Shown: positions 28,760 through 38,405, counted from the first letter of the stretch. The stretch is DNA of 64,000 nt from a virus (IMGVR_UViG_3300032213_002832:64001-128000); one strand, 5' to 3'. Notes: a model not told the origin generated them from the sequence alone. Numbers and translations are program-made.

Positions 28760-29143
28760 TTATCTACTCTGTGTTAAAGATGTTTCTAATCTAAAAACAA
28801 ACTCACTGGTTAATTCGTATAAGCCATTAAGATCTTTACAGTACAACCTACCTAAATAGGCATTGTTTGTAAACCTATCATTGCGTCCCCAAACAGGTTG
28901 TCTCACTTTAAACTTACAGCCAGTTTTATTATCATCAAGATAAGTACCACGAGTAAACTTGGGATTGAACATATGTTGATTACATAAGTCGAACTCTCGT
29001 TGAGTAACTATTTTATACCCATTATCTTGACTCTCACACTCCCTGTGACCCCTACTACCGTCACTCATCTTAAAATTATGAGGTACATTGCTAGTATCAC
29101 AACCTGTTAGCATAAGTAATAGTATAAGCTTATTCTTCATCAC
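28760..29143 (-). CDS. Lipoprotein
   Basis: Lipobox LMLTGC. Confidence 0.6.
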   Translation of the reverse strand: MMKNKLILLLMLTGCDTSNVPHNFKMSDGSRGHRECESQDNGYKIVTQREFDLCNQHMFNPKFTRGTYLDDNKTGCKFKVRQPVWGRNDRFTNNAYLGRLYCKDLNGLYELTSEFVFRLETSLTQSR

Positions 29144-29531
29144 ACCCTTTATCCCCAGGAATTCTCACTATTAGATCTACACTTTCTGAATAGTACCCGT
29201 TGCTTTCGCCGTGCCACCTAACATCCACATAACCTTTTACAGTAGCAAATTTATAGAAGGTCCAAGTATGACTATTATCCATTTGAATACGACCATTAAT
29301 ATTTTCTTCAAATGATTCAGACGTCGATTCCTCTGCCACCAATAATGGTGTACCAATTAAGTCATTTAAATCACCAGCGATATCATCAATACGAACATGT
29401 TCACAACACTGCTGATCATGATAGAACACCCATTTAGTACCATTCTCTTCACAAAATACCAACCTCTCACCGCCAGTTGTACCGCTTACATTAGCGAAGG
29501 TTTTACCAACCATATCAGATATAGTTTTCAT
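29130..29531 (-). CDS. Conserved phage protein (HxQxCCE..TWTFYK..GESNGYYSE family)
   Basis: Motifs recognised; start revised to MKTISDM. Confidence 0.75.
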   Translation of the reverse strand: MKTISDMVGKTFANVSGTTGGERLVFCEENGTKWVFYHDQQCCEHVRIDDIAGDLNDLIGTPLLVAEESTSESFEENINGRIQMDNSHTWTFYKFATVKGYVDVRWHGESNGYYSESVDLIVRIPGDKGCDEE

Positions 29532-29665
29532 TTTGCCTTCCTTCTTTCTCTCCACTCAACTATTTCTCGCATCATAGCAGCTTTCAGCTCTTCTATAGGT
29601 ACATCGCTCCATATTATAAAATGCTTGGGATGACATTACCTTAATTCCAAATATTTCTAAAAACT

Positions 29666-29842
29666 TCATTTCTTTATCGCCTTTTCAATCTTAGCACAAG
29701 CCTTTAGTATATCCTCAGCAAGCTTCTTAGCTTCGCTCAATGTCATCCAATCGGAAGAAGCGACATAATCCGTAAAATGAATATACCACCCAGGTGGGGA
29801 TGGTTCGATTGAACCTTTAAATGCTTTAACTTTACGTCTCAT
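29666..29842 (-). CDS. Small hypothetical protein (58 aa, not in ORF track)
   Basis: MRRKVKAFKG...KIEKAIKK; coupled TAATG to the upstream gene. Confidence 0.5.
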   Translation of the reverse strand: MRRKVKAFKGSIEPSPPGWYIHFTDYVASSDWMTLSEAKKLAEDILKACAKIEKAIKK

Positions 29843-30357
29843 TATTTATCACCTTTCATTAGTTTTTTCAATGCTTCATTAGGTTCTGGACTTTCTACGA
29901 AGTCTTCGCCGTCAATCTCTTCGAATGGTAAATCCGGTTCACCTAGCTCTTCATTACATAGACCTTGTGGCAATGGTATCCAGCCAGTAACTTTGCCCGA
30001 TATAATATCTTCATGTTCACCAAAACTATAACAGAATTTACCACTTTTTCTATCTTTAAAACCTAATGTAGTCCAACTAGAAAACTCTGTTTCAATAAGT
30101 AATATGGCTTCATTATTAGTGATTGTATCAATAGGTAACCAATCTTTACGTCTAGTTTTTTGTAGTTCAATTGATTTAGCTATGTTTCTAAGCAAAAATC
30201 TTTCTACATCTTTACCGTTATTTGTAGCACAACGACATCCGCCATTAGTGCACATACCAGTTGGTATGACATACTTACAACCACTATCACCACAACCTAA
30301 ACCATAAGCAGCAGGATCTTCAAACCAATCCCAATTACCTATTAAAGACTTAACCAT
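29842..30357 (-). CDS. Cys-rich N-terminus plus DUF551-like domain
   Basis: GCGDSGC..GMCTNGGCRC; WLPIDT..VTGWIPLP. Confidence 0.6.
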   Translation of the reverse strand: MVKSLIGNWDWFEDPAAYGLGCGDSGCKYVIPTGMCTNGGCRCATNNGKDVERFLLRNIAKSIELQKTRRKDWLPIDTITNNEAILLIETEFSSWTTLGFKDRKSGKFCYSFGEHEDIISGKVTGWIPLPQGLCNEELGEPDLPFEEIDGEDFVESPEPNEALKKLMKGDK

Positions 30358-30413
30358 CTAATACACCTCATTATTTAACTAATTGTAGCGTGTTTGTATC
30401 ATTTAATTGTGTG

Positions 30414-30872
30414 TTATTTCCAACTAAAGTATAGACCAACCTTTTCATCATCAGTGGAACGATATGTAGTAATATGAAAACCATTAAATACCGGATCTTT
30501 TTCAAACATTTCATAAATTTTCCATATCATGTCGAATTCGCTAATCTTAAGCTTGAGATCTCCAATATGCTCTAATACCAATTTATTAACTTTAACGTAT
30601 TGATCTACCCGACCTTCAACTGCTGCTTCTCTTAAGCGCTCTAGTACTAATGGTTTATACTCTAATTCATATAAGCCACATATTATCTCATTATCGTTAT
30701 TGCGAATAAAACTAGCTGTATTCTGTAGTTCCAACTTAAATTGAGAAGGTTCAGACTCTTTTTTAAGCTCAGAAATAGGTTTACGATTAACAATCTTATC
30801 ATCTGCTATAAAAAAACGATATACCGCATATATAAAACCAAATAATGCTAGCACACAAGCTAAAACACCCAT
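30414..30872 (-). CDS. Membrane-anchored hypothetical protein
   Basis: N-terminal TM helix, GGAGG RBS. Confidence 0.65.
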   Translation of the reverse strand: MGVLACVLALFGFIYAVYRFFIADDKIVNRKPISELKKESEPSQFKLELQNTASFIRNNDNEIICGLYELEYKPLVLERLREAAVEGRVDQYVKVNKLVLEHIGDLKLKISEFDMIWKIYEMFEKDPVFNGFHITTYRSTDDEKVGLYFSWK

Positions 30873-30997
30873 AAATACCTCCTTATATTATTCATCGTCG
30901 TGGTCGTCTATACCCTTATATTCATCCATCATAATCACCATGATAACAACGCCCATAATAACAGCGAATACTAAAAACATCGCAATCTTTATCATAA

Positions 30998-31432
30998 TCA
31001 AACCTCATTAATTGGTTGTTTTGTTTTTCTAACCTTCTTTACCTTCTTAGGTATGGCTGCTTTCCATCTTCTAGCTAAAGCATCTATTTTACTGTTAAAG
31101 TCAAAGCTGAATATCTTAATTTTAGCCATCGCATATGACTTATGGTACTTTAAATCATCTACAAAGAAAGTCGTAGCTATATCTTTAACTATGGATTTAA
31201 CTAATACTTTATTAAACGAACCTGTTATTGACACTGCTTCAAAGTGTGTTACCTGATCCTCTATGATTTTATCTGCGAGTTTCTCTGCTGTAGCATTAAT
31301 CATATCTTTAAGCTTTACATACAGTGGCGAATTTACATCTACATTGAAGTTACCGACATAAGCCTTCTCTAAACTAGATACAGCAATATCTGTAATACTC
31401 TTCTTGATGTCTACCACGTTACCTTTAATCAT
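30998..31432 (-). CDS. Hypothetical protein
   Basis: Coupled ORF. Confidence 0.6.
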   Translation of the reverse strand: MIKGNVVDIKKSITDIAVSSLEKAYVGNFNVDVNSPLYVKLKDMINATAEKLADKIIEDQVTHFEAVSITGSFNKVLVKSIVKDIATTFFVDDLKYHKSYAMAKIKIFSFDFNSKIDALARRWKAAIPKKVKKVRKTKQPINEV

Positions 31433-31691
31433 ACTGATCCTCTTTAGGATTAACCTTATAATAGGCTATTATTCCGATAATTAATACATTGAATAAGTAA
31501 TTAATTAGCAATATAAGGTCATTAGTAGTATTTGCTACATAAATGATTAAAAATATCTCGCCCAATCCCCACAACCATAAGAACAGAGAGTTCACACCAG
31601 CACTTGATTTCGTCTTAATGGATTGAATCGCTTGAGGGATACCACATATAGCCAACATTGCTGATCCAATTATACCGATAAGACTAATCAT
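31425..31691 (-). CDS. PQ-loop / SemiSWEET-like 3-TM protein
   Basis: IGIIG..ICGIPQAIQSIKTKSSAGV, three TMs, conserved Asn (LINY). Confidence 0.8.
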   Translation of the reverse strand: MISLIGIIGSAMLAICGIPQAIQSIKTKSSAGVNSLFLWLWGLGEIFLIIYVANTTNDLILLINYLFNVLIIGIIAYYKVNPKEDQYD

Positions 31692-31702
31692 ATCAATACA
31701 CC

Positions 31703-31918
31703 TTATTTCAATGTTATTGTGGTGGTACCAGGTTTTGCTGGTGGATCATACCTTTTAATGTATTCGTCCATAATCTTTTGTAGTGTTTGCTTTGAGATAA
31801 CTTGGTATCCCATTTTACAGTTTGCTTCATTTAAAGCTAATACCGCAGCATCAACAAGTTCTTTTTTAGTCTTACTCGCTTTAGTGACTTTATTTACTTT
31901 GATTGTTTTATTGCTCAT
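31703..31918 (-). CDS. Hypothetical protein
   Basis: Coupled ORF. Confidence 0.55.
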   Translation of the reverse strand: MSNKTIKVNKVTKASKTKKELVDAAVLALNEANCKMGYQVISKQTLQKIMDEYIKRYDPPAKPGTTTITLK

Positions 31919-32277
31919 TATAAATCTCCATGAAGTAATTTTAATTCAGTTAACTCATTTAATAACTCATCCATATCATATTTTTGTCTTACATTATCCC
32001 TAGATTTAATCCAGCATGATACTTCCAAATTCTCAGTTGGCATGAAACCTGAACCAGGTACCCATTTCAGCATCTTGAATGCTTTTGCTTCAAAAGATCT
32101 ACCTGATATTTTTATAGTCTTTGAAGCTGTTTTTTGCTTTTTGTTTCTTTTTAATCTTCCGTAAAGTTCAAATGCTACATCATTGAACATGAATAATACA
32201 TCTCTTTCTGATTTATTTGTCAAAGCTGATACAACCTTAACTGTATCACTATCAATTATTAATGTATTTTCACTCAT
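31918..32277 (-). CDS. Hypothetical protein
   Basis: GAGG RBS. Confidence 0.6.
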   Translation of the reverse strand: MSENTLIIDSDTVKVVSALTNKSERDVLFMFNDVAFELYGRLKRNKKQKTASKTIKISGRSFEAKAFKMLKWVPGSGFMPTENLEVSCWIKSRDNVRQKYDMDELLNELTELKLLHGDL

Positions 32278-32278
32278 A

Positions 32279-33727
32279 TTACACCTCTAGATCTCTGTCA
32301 GATTTAAGTGCGCTAGTTTTTGGAATCTTGATTGTTTCGCCTAAACGTACTAAAGGATGATTTTCCATGCCATCTTGAGATATAATCCACAACACTTGTG
32401 GAAACAAGGTATTGGGAGGAATCATAGATTCAAAGTCAACATCACAGAAGCAACCATCTGTAACAATTATTGACAGGTCAGGTTTAGCTTCGGCAATATA
32501 CTTAAGTACTGGAGCTGGATCTGTACCACCCGATTGAACCATGGCTTTATTTAAGCGATCACCAAGCTTATATGGCTCAACATAATATAGATCAGTGTGC
32601 CACAAGCCTAACATACACTTACGATGACCTACTGAAAGACAGTTGTCGACAATAGAGAGAAAGTCATTTAGCTCTTGGACACTAATAGAACCTGATGAAT
32701 CTAAGAAGTTTTGAATTTTAGGTAGTGGACCTACTTTTGTACCAGGAGCAATGTTGCCATACCTACGACTTGGCTTACTCCAAGTACCAACACGGTCAGT
32801 ACCAGAGGCGTGTCGCTTGATAGCCGATTGAATGATTTCCCTATAATTGAGTTCATTCCTACGTGATTCAATATCCGTTAATAAATCCTGTATAAACCCA
32901 GGCAGCTTATCAAATGATAGCCCACGCTTCTGCATGGCCCGCTTAACAAGCTCCTCTGTAGCATCCATCATATCTCGTTCTTCTGAACCGCCATCCCAAT
33001 CATGGGAGTCAAACTCTTTAGGTAACCCTTTGCCTTTGCCTTTACCACCATTACTGCCATCTAATCCACCTTCGCCTTCTTCCTCGCCTTCACCTTCATC
33101 TGACATTTCAGAAAATTTTTCTATAAGCTTATAGTAGTAGTATTCAAATGTCTTATTCTTTTCCCAAGGTATTTGTTTACCCTTTGCGTCTTCATCATAG
33201 AAGTTTTCTACTAGTATTGGATGACCTGGACACAGCTCGTTTTTACAAGTAGCACCCATTTCTCGTTCATTTTTAGGCGGACATTCTTGACAACCATCTG
33301 GAAGGTCTTTAATATATTGATTAATAGACATATCCATCGCTATGTTCATAAGCCTACGACGATTAGGGTTAAGCTTTAACATTGGAGCACGAATGATATG
33401 CTTATGAGTTAAGTGATATAGTTCATGTAATAAGATACTAATCCGAGCGCGTGTACCCTGGTCACCGTCACCTAGGTTTACACAAAACCACTTTGGATTA
33501 ATCATCATCTTCCATTTTTTAGCATTATTATCAAACATTACTCCAGCTGTAGGGAGAGTGTGAGAATAGTGAATGTCTAAGCATTGAAGTATCATGCCGA
33601 AAAATGCTTGATTCTTCGTAAGTTGATACAAAGCTGTTTCTAAGCACTGAACCTTTTTATGTGGATCAACATACTCTTTATCAAGGACCGCTTGACTTAC
33701 AGTCTGCTTTGGCTTAATATCAGTCAT
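32279..33727 (-). CDS. Metallopeptidase (HExxH) plus vWA protein (DUF2201-type), MoxR partner
   Basis: LLHELYH, MNIAMDMSINQ, DSSGS MIDAS, GGT, TDG; start revised to MTDIKPK (AGGAG). Confidence 0.85.
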   Translation of the reverse strand: MTDIKPKQTVSQAVLDKEYVDPHKKVQCLETALYQLTKNQAFFGMILQCLDIHYSHTLPTAGVMFDNNAKKWKMMINPKWFCVNLGDGDQGTRARISILLHELYHLTHKHIIRAPMLKLNPNRRRLMNIAMDMSINQYIKDLPDGCQECPPKNEREMGATCKNELCPGHPILVENFYDEDAKGKQIPWEKNKTFEYYYYKLIEKFSEMSDEGEGEEEGEGGLDGSNGGKGKGKGLPKEFDSHDWDGGSEERDMMDATEELVKRAMQKRGLSFDKLPGFIQDLLTDIESRRNELNYREIIQSAIKRHASGTDRVGTWSKPSRRYGNIAPGTKVGPLPKIQNFLDSSGSISVQELNDFLSIVDNCLSVGHRKCMLGLWHTDLYYVEPYKLGDRLNKAMVQSGGTDPAPVLKYIAEAKPDLSIIVTDGCFCDVDFESMIPPNTLFPQVLWIISQDGMENHPLVRLGETIKIPKTSALKSDRDLEV

Positions 33728-33753
33728 AATATCTCCTATTTTATATAAAACAT

Positions 33754-33766
33754 TCGGATCGGTTTT
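33754..33766 (-). promoter_or_regulatory. Phage promoter motif AAAACCGATCCGA
   Basis: Intergenic, 27 nt upstream of ATG 33727. Confidence 0.75.
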
Positions 33767-33798
33767 AATCTTTACTAGCAATGCTTTAAAAACAAGCA

Positions 33799-33817
33799 CG
33801 AGGCTTATAAAGCCTCG
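33799..33817 (-). terminator. Terminator hairpin after AAA operon
   Basis: CGAGGCTT/AAGCCTCG followed by a T-rich tract on the - strand. Confidence 0.6.
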
Positions 33818-33825
33818 CACTATAA

Positions 33826-33984
33826 TTATTTACCCAGTTTTTCTCTTTCTTTTAACTGCTCAAGAAGAAGGTCACATCTCTTTAAAGATTCTCTTATTCG
33901 TCTGAATCTTTCATTTAGGTCAATCTCTTCAACTGGCTTATCTAATACAACTTTATTATTTGGAAACTGTATTATTTTTGCCAT
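33826..33984 (-). CDS. Small hypothetical protein (52 aa, MAKIIQFP...)
   Basis: Read manually; starts immediately after the AAA stop. Confidence 0.55.
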   Translation of the reverse strand: MAKIIQFPNNKVVLDKPVEEIDLNERFRRIRESLKRCDLLLEQLKEREKLGK

Positions 33985-33985
33985 G

Positions 33986-35155
33986 TTATTTCTTCAATGC
34001 GCTGCTAAGTTTAATATGGTCACGTAGCAACTCAATACTCTTAGGGTTACGCTTAGTGAATTCACTAAAGAATTGAGAGATGTTACCACGTTGATTCTTC
34101 TGCGCACAACCTTTGATAAGGTTAATACCGTGATCTGCTGGGATGTTTTCCACAACTTCAACCATAGTCTTCTCATCAATAGTCTCTGGATCATGTGCCC
34201 AATCTTTACCGTCCTTCTTGCGTCCTTCGAACCAGCCACCGTATTTTTCAATAATACTATCAACAGTGAGTGAGATCTTGTCGCCAGCGTAGTTTGCGTT
34301 GGTCTTGTACATATCTTTTAGTTTCTGGATTGCTTTCTCTTTATCATTTAGGATGTCTTGTGCTGTTACAGGCGCGTCATCCCAGCAAGATTTCCAGTAC
34401 TCGTTACCTAAGTGCTTACCTAGTACTGATAGAGCTACAATGTAGTGAGAGCCTCTTTTTGAAGGGTGGTCAGATGCGCCACACATTTCAATAGCATTCA
34501 AGCGATCAAGGGTACGTGGACTAACATACTTGCCTTCTTTACCAACACCATCAGATTTCTTATAAACCCAGCTACCAGCTTTAACAAAGTTTATAACATT
34601 CCTATGCCAAAAAGTAGTTTCGATGTGAGTCATGAACGCTTGGTAGTTGAATTCAACTTCAAATTCTTCAAAACGATTTTTAAGAGCTGTATCCATGCTG
34701 TTGACGTCGTATTTTGAACCTTCAGGGTTTAGTGCTGCTGCGATAACCCAACCTTCAGGTAGTTCGTATGTTGGACCAACTTTTCTGTTCTTATCTGTGA
34801 GCTGCATTAAGCAGTTCTGAATCATTGTATTACCACGGTTTGGCTCTTCAAGTAGTAGAAGTCCGCGACCTTTGGTTGGCCAGAAGTGTGGAAGTGCGTG
34901 ACCCATTCGAGCATTACCTTCTTGATCTTTGTACTCGTAAGGATAGCCTACGAAGTCCGGCCCTTCATAATACGCAATACGTAAGTCAATAAAGCCAAAG
35001 TCAGGATCTGTTTCTCTCTGCTTGGCTACCCATTGCTGTATGATCTCGGATTTACCGATGCCGGCTTCGCCGACAAACATCGGGTTAAAAATCCGCTTAA
35101 TTTTACGAGCAGCAATTGCTAAATCAAGAATCTCTGTAATTTTGTCTGGGTTCAT
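33986..35155 (-). CDS. MoxR-like AAA+ ATPase
   Basis: GEAGIGKS Walker A, IDLR, LLLEEPNR Walker B, AALNP, MDTALKNRF. Confidence 0.88.
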   Translation of the reverse strand: MNPDKITEILDLAIAARKIKRIFNPMFVGEAGIGKSEIIQQWVAKQRETDPDFGFIDLRIAYYEGPDFVGYPYEYKDQEGNARMGHALPHFWPTKGRGLLLLEEPNRGNTMIQNCLMQLTDKNRKVGPTYELPEGWVIAAALNPEGSKYDVNSMDTALKNRFEEFEVEFNYQAFMTHIETTFWHRNVINFVKAGSWVYKKSDGVGKEGKYVSPRTLDRLNAIEMCGASDHPSKRGSHYIVALSVLGKHLGNEYWKSCWDDAPVTAQDILNDKEKAIQKLKDMYKTNANYAGDKISLTVDSIIEKYGGWFEGRKKDGKDWAHDPETIDEKTMVEVVENIPADHGINLIKGCAQKNQRGNISQFFSEFTKRNPKSIELLRDHIKLSSALKK

Positions 35156-35184
35156 AAAATCTCCTTAAATATTATATTCAACAT

Positions 35185-35198
35185 TCGAATCGGTTTTT
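35185..35198 (-). promoter_or_regulatory. Phage promoter motif AAAAACCGATTCGA
   Basis: Intergenic, 30 nt upstream of ATG 35155. Confidence 0.75.
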
Positions 35199-35200
35199 GA

Positions 35201-35746
35201 TCATATCTTGTCATGTTTACGCCAGTTATCTTCAGCCCACAAAGGTTGTAAGTTAGTATAGTGACATGCTTTAAGTAATTCTTCTCTATCGAGTATATTA
35301 AAAAAGCTTAATGGAATCTTGTGATCTAGTTCCCAACATTTAATCCCTACTTTTCTCCCATAGTTATCCCAAGTCATATCGGGTAACCATAATGACTCTA
35401 TATACGTCCTAAATTCTTTGATAGAGCAACCCAGATCTCTTACGGCACTTCCAACTTTAGTATTCTTTCTAAGAGCTGTGCTTAAGCGTTTTCTTAGATT
35501 TTGTCTTAACTTATATTCTGGATCTTCTTTCATCTTTTTAGCACGATATACTTTATCTCTTGCTATTTTTTCTTTCTTATATAATAAGTATCTGTTTTTA
35601 TTATAATTATTTAAATGTGTTGTATTGTTTTTTACCCAATTAGCAGTTGTGTTGTTTTTTGCGACAACCCTACAATTATCGCTACAAAATTTAGAATTAT
35701 GTACTTTAGGTTGATATTCTTCATTACATACAGCACAATTTTTCAT
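35201..35746 (-). CDS. HNH homing endonuclease-like
   Basis: CAVC..FCSDNC; LGCS..MTWDNYG..WELDHKIPLS..CHYTNLQPLWAEDN. Confidence 0.85.
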   Translation of the reverse strand: MKNCAVCNEEYQPKVHNSKFCSDNCRVVAKNNTTANWVKNNTTHLNNYNKNRYLLYKKEKIARDKVYRAKKMKEDPEYKLRQNLRKRLSTALRKNTKVGSAVRDLGCSIKEFRTYIESLWLPDMTWDNYGRKVGIKCWELDHKIPLSFFNILDREELLKACHYTNLQPLWAEDNWRKHDKI

Positions 35747-35747
35747 T

Positions 35748-36257
35748 TCACTTGCCTTCTAGTACTATTCTTTCAAAGTTATCATCCATAAACCTAAGCT
35801 CATTGTAATAAGCTATTTGAGCATCTATTAGTTTTTTAGAACCACAACTAACATAATAAGCAGCATTAAAACAATTCTTAGCTGTCCTAAAAAAAAGACC
35901 ATCTTGTTCAGCTACAGTAAAAATAGTGTAGTCAGCAGAAATAAGTGGATATAGATATGAGTCACTAATAAAAACGCCATTACCCTGTTGGTCTAATAAG
36001 CCATTAATTACAACATTAGTGTTTCTAGCAGCATCTCTACATTGTTCACTTGTCGCTTTATCTTCAAGCCATAGTTCAACTAATTCAATCCCCTTTACAA
36101 AATAAGGTTCTTGACGCCATATATTACACCCTTGGTAAGCACAGAATAAGGCAAACCTTATACAGTCTTTATGAGATAATTGTTTCAACTGTTCTTCATT
36201 TATGCCACCAAATGCTACATAATTCTCTTGACAATTAGTTCTTATCATGTTATCCAT
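35748..36257 (-). CDS. Hypothetical protein (Imm5-like helical pattern)
   Basis: RFALFCA..IELVELWL pattern. Confidence 0.55.
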   Translation of the reverse strand: MDNMIRTNCQENYVAFGGINEEQLKQLSHKDCIRFALFCAYQGCNIWRQEPYFVKGIELVELWLEDKATSEQCRDAARNTNVVINGLLDQQGNGVFISDSYLYPLISADYTIFTVAEQDGLFFRTAKNCFNAAYYVSCGSKKLIDAQIAYYNELRFMDDNFERIVLEGK

Positions 36258-36265
36258 ATAACCTC

Positions 36266-36517
36266 TTAATTCAAAACATTAGAAGCTGGTTCACCAATAT
36301 CTATAGAGGTTTTAAATAACTGTAGGATGTCGTTAGCGTCACTTACCATTCTGTTTAGCTTAACTAAGTTCTCACTATTTTTACCATTTGAGTGCTCATG
36401 CTTAGCTAAGGTAGCTGCTGTAGATGAAGCAAACACCAGTAGTTCTACTAATGCTTCTATGTATAGTTCATCCATTTGAAAACTATGAATTGTATTCTTA
36501 TTACTCATTAGTGCCAC
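36266..36517 (-). CDS. Hypothetical protein
   Basis: Dense operon packing. Confidence 0.55.
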   Translation of the reverse strand: MALMSNKNTIHSFQMDELYIEALVELLVFASSTAATLAKHEHSNGKNSENLVKLNRMVSDANDILQLFKTSIDIGEPASNVLN

Positions 36518-36770
36518 TCAATCTATCAACTATCTCTTTAGGTAGATTGTAATTATTAATTATATCTTTTAATGATATTTTCTTAATAGATTTATTGACC
36601 TTACGATTCTCTGCGAAATAGTGAGCACCTTCATCTAATGATAAGATACGACCCTCTGGCATGGTATTTACGATTGGTACTTGTATAGCAACTTCAGCGA
36701 CTTCTTGCTTAGGCAGTACTTCTACTTTTCCACCTCTAGCTAAAAACTCTTCAAACGTCTCTCTTCTCAT
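36501..36770 (-). CDS. Small phage protein with EEFLARGGKVEVLP (SutA-like) motif
   Basis: Start revised to MRRETFEE (GGAGG); motif resembles the FLxxGGxI segment of SutA-type RNAP-binding proteins. Confidence 0.55.
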   Translation of the reverse strand: MRRETFEEFLARGGKVEVLPKQEVAEVAIQVPIVNTMPEGRILSLDEGAHYFAENRKVNKSIKKISLKDIINNYNLPKEIVDRLSGTNE

Positions 36771-37395
36771 CTGATCCTCCAAGGATAAGTGAATCTACGA
36801 AATCTGGAAATGCCTTAACAGCAATATTGATTAATTCTCTGCGTTGTTCTACTTCTTTTTTATATAGCTTATATTCAGCTACTTTTTTATATAACTTACC
36901 AAGACGAACCTTTATTAATTGAATATCGCGTCGGTTTTCAAATTCAAAGTCCCAGTTGATTTCAGCTTCAGATTCATAGTTTTTATCCACAAACCCAGTT
37001 ACGGAGCCTGTCTTACGAACTTCACTGCTAGTGACTTTTATATGGAATACGTTTGTAAAGTAATCCCACTCTATTTGCAACGCAGATGTAGGACCAGAAT
37101 CATTGTCTGTTGGTTTGTCAGCTATCTGTGATCTATCATAGTGATTATAGAATATACCGTTAGAATTAAAGAAAATACGTGTTCTTTTTACAGATTTCTT
37201 CATAACACTTTTACCATGAGTCTCCATAAAGTTTATATGAGAGAAGTCCGACGGATCTCTTATATCCTCTATAATTTCACTTACTACATTAGTACCAAAA
37301 CAATCTAAGCCCTTATTATCTAACTCTTCTTCTAACTTATTTACAAATAGCTTTAGCATAGCTAAATCTTCTGAATTTGTCTTCTTTATTTGCAT
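36751..37395 (-). CDS. Hypothetical protein
   Basis: GGAG RBS. Confidence 0.65.
   Translation of the reverse strand: MQIKKTNSEDLAMLKLFVNKLEEELDNKGLDCFGTNVVSEIIEDIRDPSDFSHINFMETHGKSVMKKSVKRTRIFFNSNGIFYNHYDRSQIADKPTDNDSGPTSALQIEWDYFTNVFHIKVTSSEVRKTGSVTGFVDKNYESEAEINWDFEFENRRDIQLIKVRLGKLYKKVAEYKLYKKEVEQRRELINIAVKAFPDFVDSLILGGSDEKRDV
36926..36938 (-). promoter_or_regulatory. Phage promoter motif variant AAAACCGACGCGA
   Basis: Intragenic; identical to the copy at 59828. Confidence 0.5.
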
Positions 37396-37431
37396 AAACT
37401 CTCCGATTCTTAGTATAATATCAATACAATA

Positions 37432-38316
37432 ATGGGATTATACATGGCTATATCTGATAACAATGTGACCCAAATACTTGATTATGATGTTGATTTTAAA
37501 AAACGTCGTATCTATTTTGGTGCGCTTAACGCAAGTAATGACGAGAACGGCTCTGAATTTACTTGGCGCTCTGTAGAGCGTGCGGTAAGGCATATCCATA
37601 TAATGGAAAGTGACGCGCCTGCTAAGCCAATAGAGTTACATATGTCTAGCATAGGTGGTGATACTGCTGCTCTTTTACGTTTATATGATGTCATACAAAG
37701 CTGCTCCTGTCAAATTAAGTTCATCGGTGGTGGAGAGATAAGTTCATCAGCCACTTGGATTATGGCTAGTTGCGATGAGCGTCTACTATATCCAAATACT
37801 ACTATTACAATTCACGATAGTGGTTGGGGTGAAGCAGTGTCTCCAGAAAAGCTTGTAGACAAAAGTATTATGATTGATAACGAAAAACTATTACAACACA
37901 AACTAAATCAGATATATGCCGATAACTCTATAATGCCATTAGAGTTTTGGACAGAGATGGTTAAACGAGATCTCTATCTCACCGCAGAAGAAGCTATCAT
38001 GTTAGGCTTAGCTGACAAGATTATTCAACCGCGTAAAAGAGGTAGCTTGCGTCGTAACCGTATAGCAAGTATGAAGCAAGAGAGAGATAAGAAAGATATG
38101 AGTAAGATGTTAAAGATGCTCAAAGATCGTATCTATATGGATAAACTCTCAAAACTAGAATTACATCTTCCTGAAGAGAAGTTCGATAAAACGCTAGTGA
38201 TTGACAATACAGTAACAGTGGAAGTCCCTACGGTAGTAGCTCCTTTAATAGGAGGTACAAGCCAATCAGATGTCGATTTTCCTCTTCCCACTCTTCATGG
38301 CAAGACGAACACCTGA
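37432..38316 (+). CDS. clpP: ClpP-like protease with C-terminal extension
   Basis: SSIGG, ISSSA (Ser), TIHD (His), KRDLYLTAEEAIMLGLADKI (Asp). Confidence 0.8.
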   Translation: MGLYMAISDNNVTQILDYDVDFKKRRIYFGALNASNDENGSEFTWRSVERAVRHIHIMESDAPAKPIELHMSSIGGDTAALLRLYDVIQSCSCQIKFIGGGEISSSATWIMASCDERLLYPNTTITIHDSGWGEAVSPEKLVDKSIMIDNEKLLQHKLNQIYADNSIMPLEFWTEMVKRDLYLTAEEAIMLGLADKIIQPRKRGSLRRNRIASMKQERDKKDMSKMLKMLKDRIYMDKLSKLELHLPEEKFDKTLVIDNTVTVEVPTVVAPLIGGTSQSDVDFPLPTLHGKTNT

Positions 38317-38404
38317 ACTTAAACTCCTCCGGCATTGGAGGAAGTGTTCGTCTTTGTATATTCTGTGTAGTCATACACCACGTACATTCTTCTTTAGCTC
38401 GCAT
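38228..38404 (-). CDS. Small Zn-ribbon protein (58 aa, not in ORF track), overlapping clpP 3' end
   Basis: MRAKEECTWC...FRCSSCHEEW; ATG immediately after the NAMPT stop. Confidence 0.55.
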   Translation of the reverse strand: MRAKEECTWCMTTQNIQRRTLPPMPEEFKFRCSSCHEEWEEENRHLIGLYLLLKELLP

Positions 38405-38405
38405 C

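Noticed and set aside
29528-29669. Possible programmed frameshift joining two short frames
   Set aside because: No slippery sequence or recognisable product; cannot be supported.
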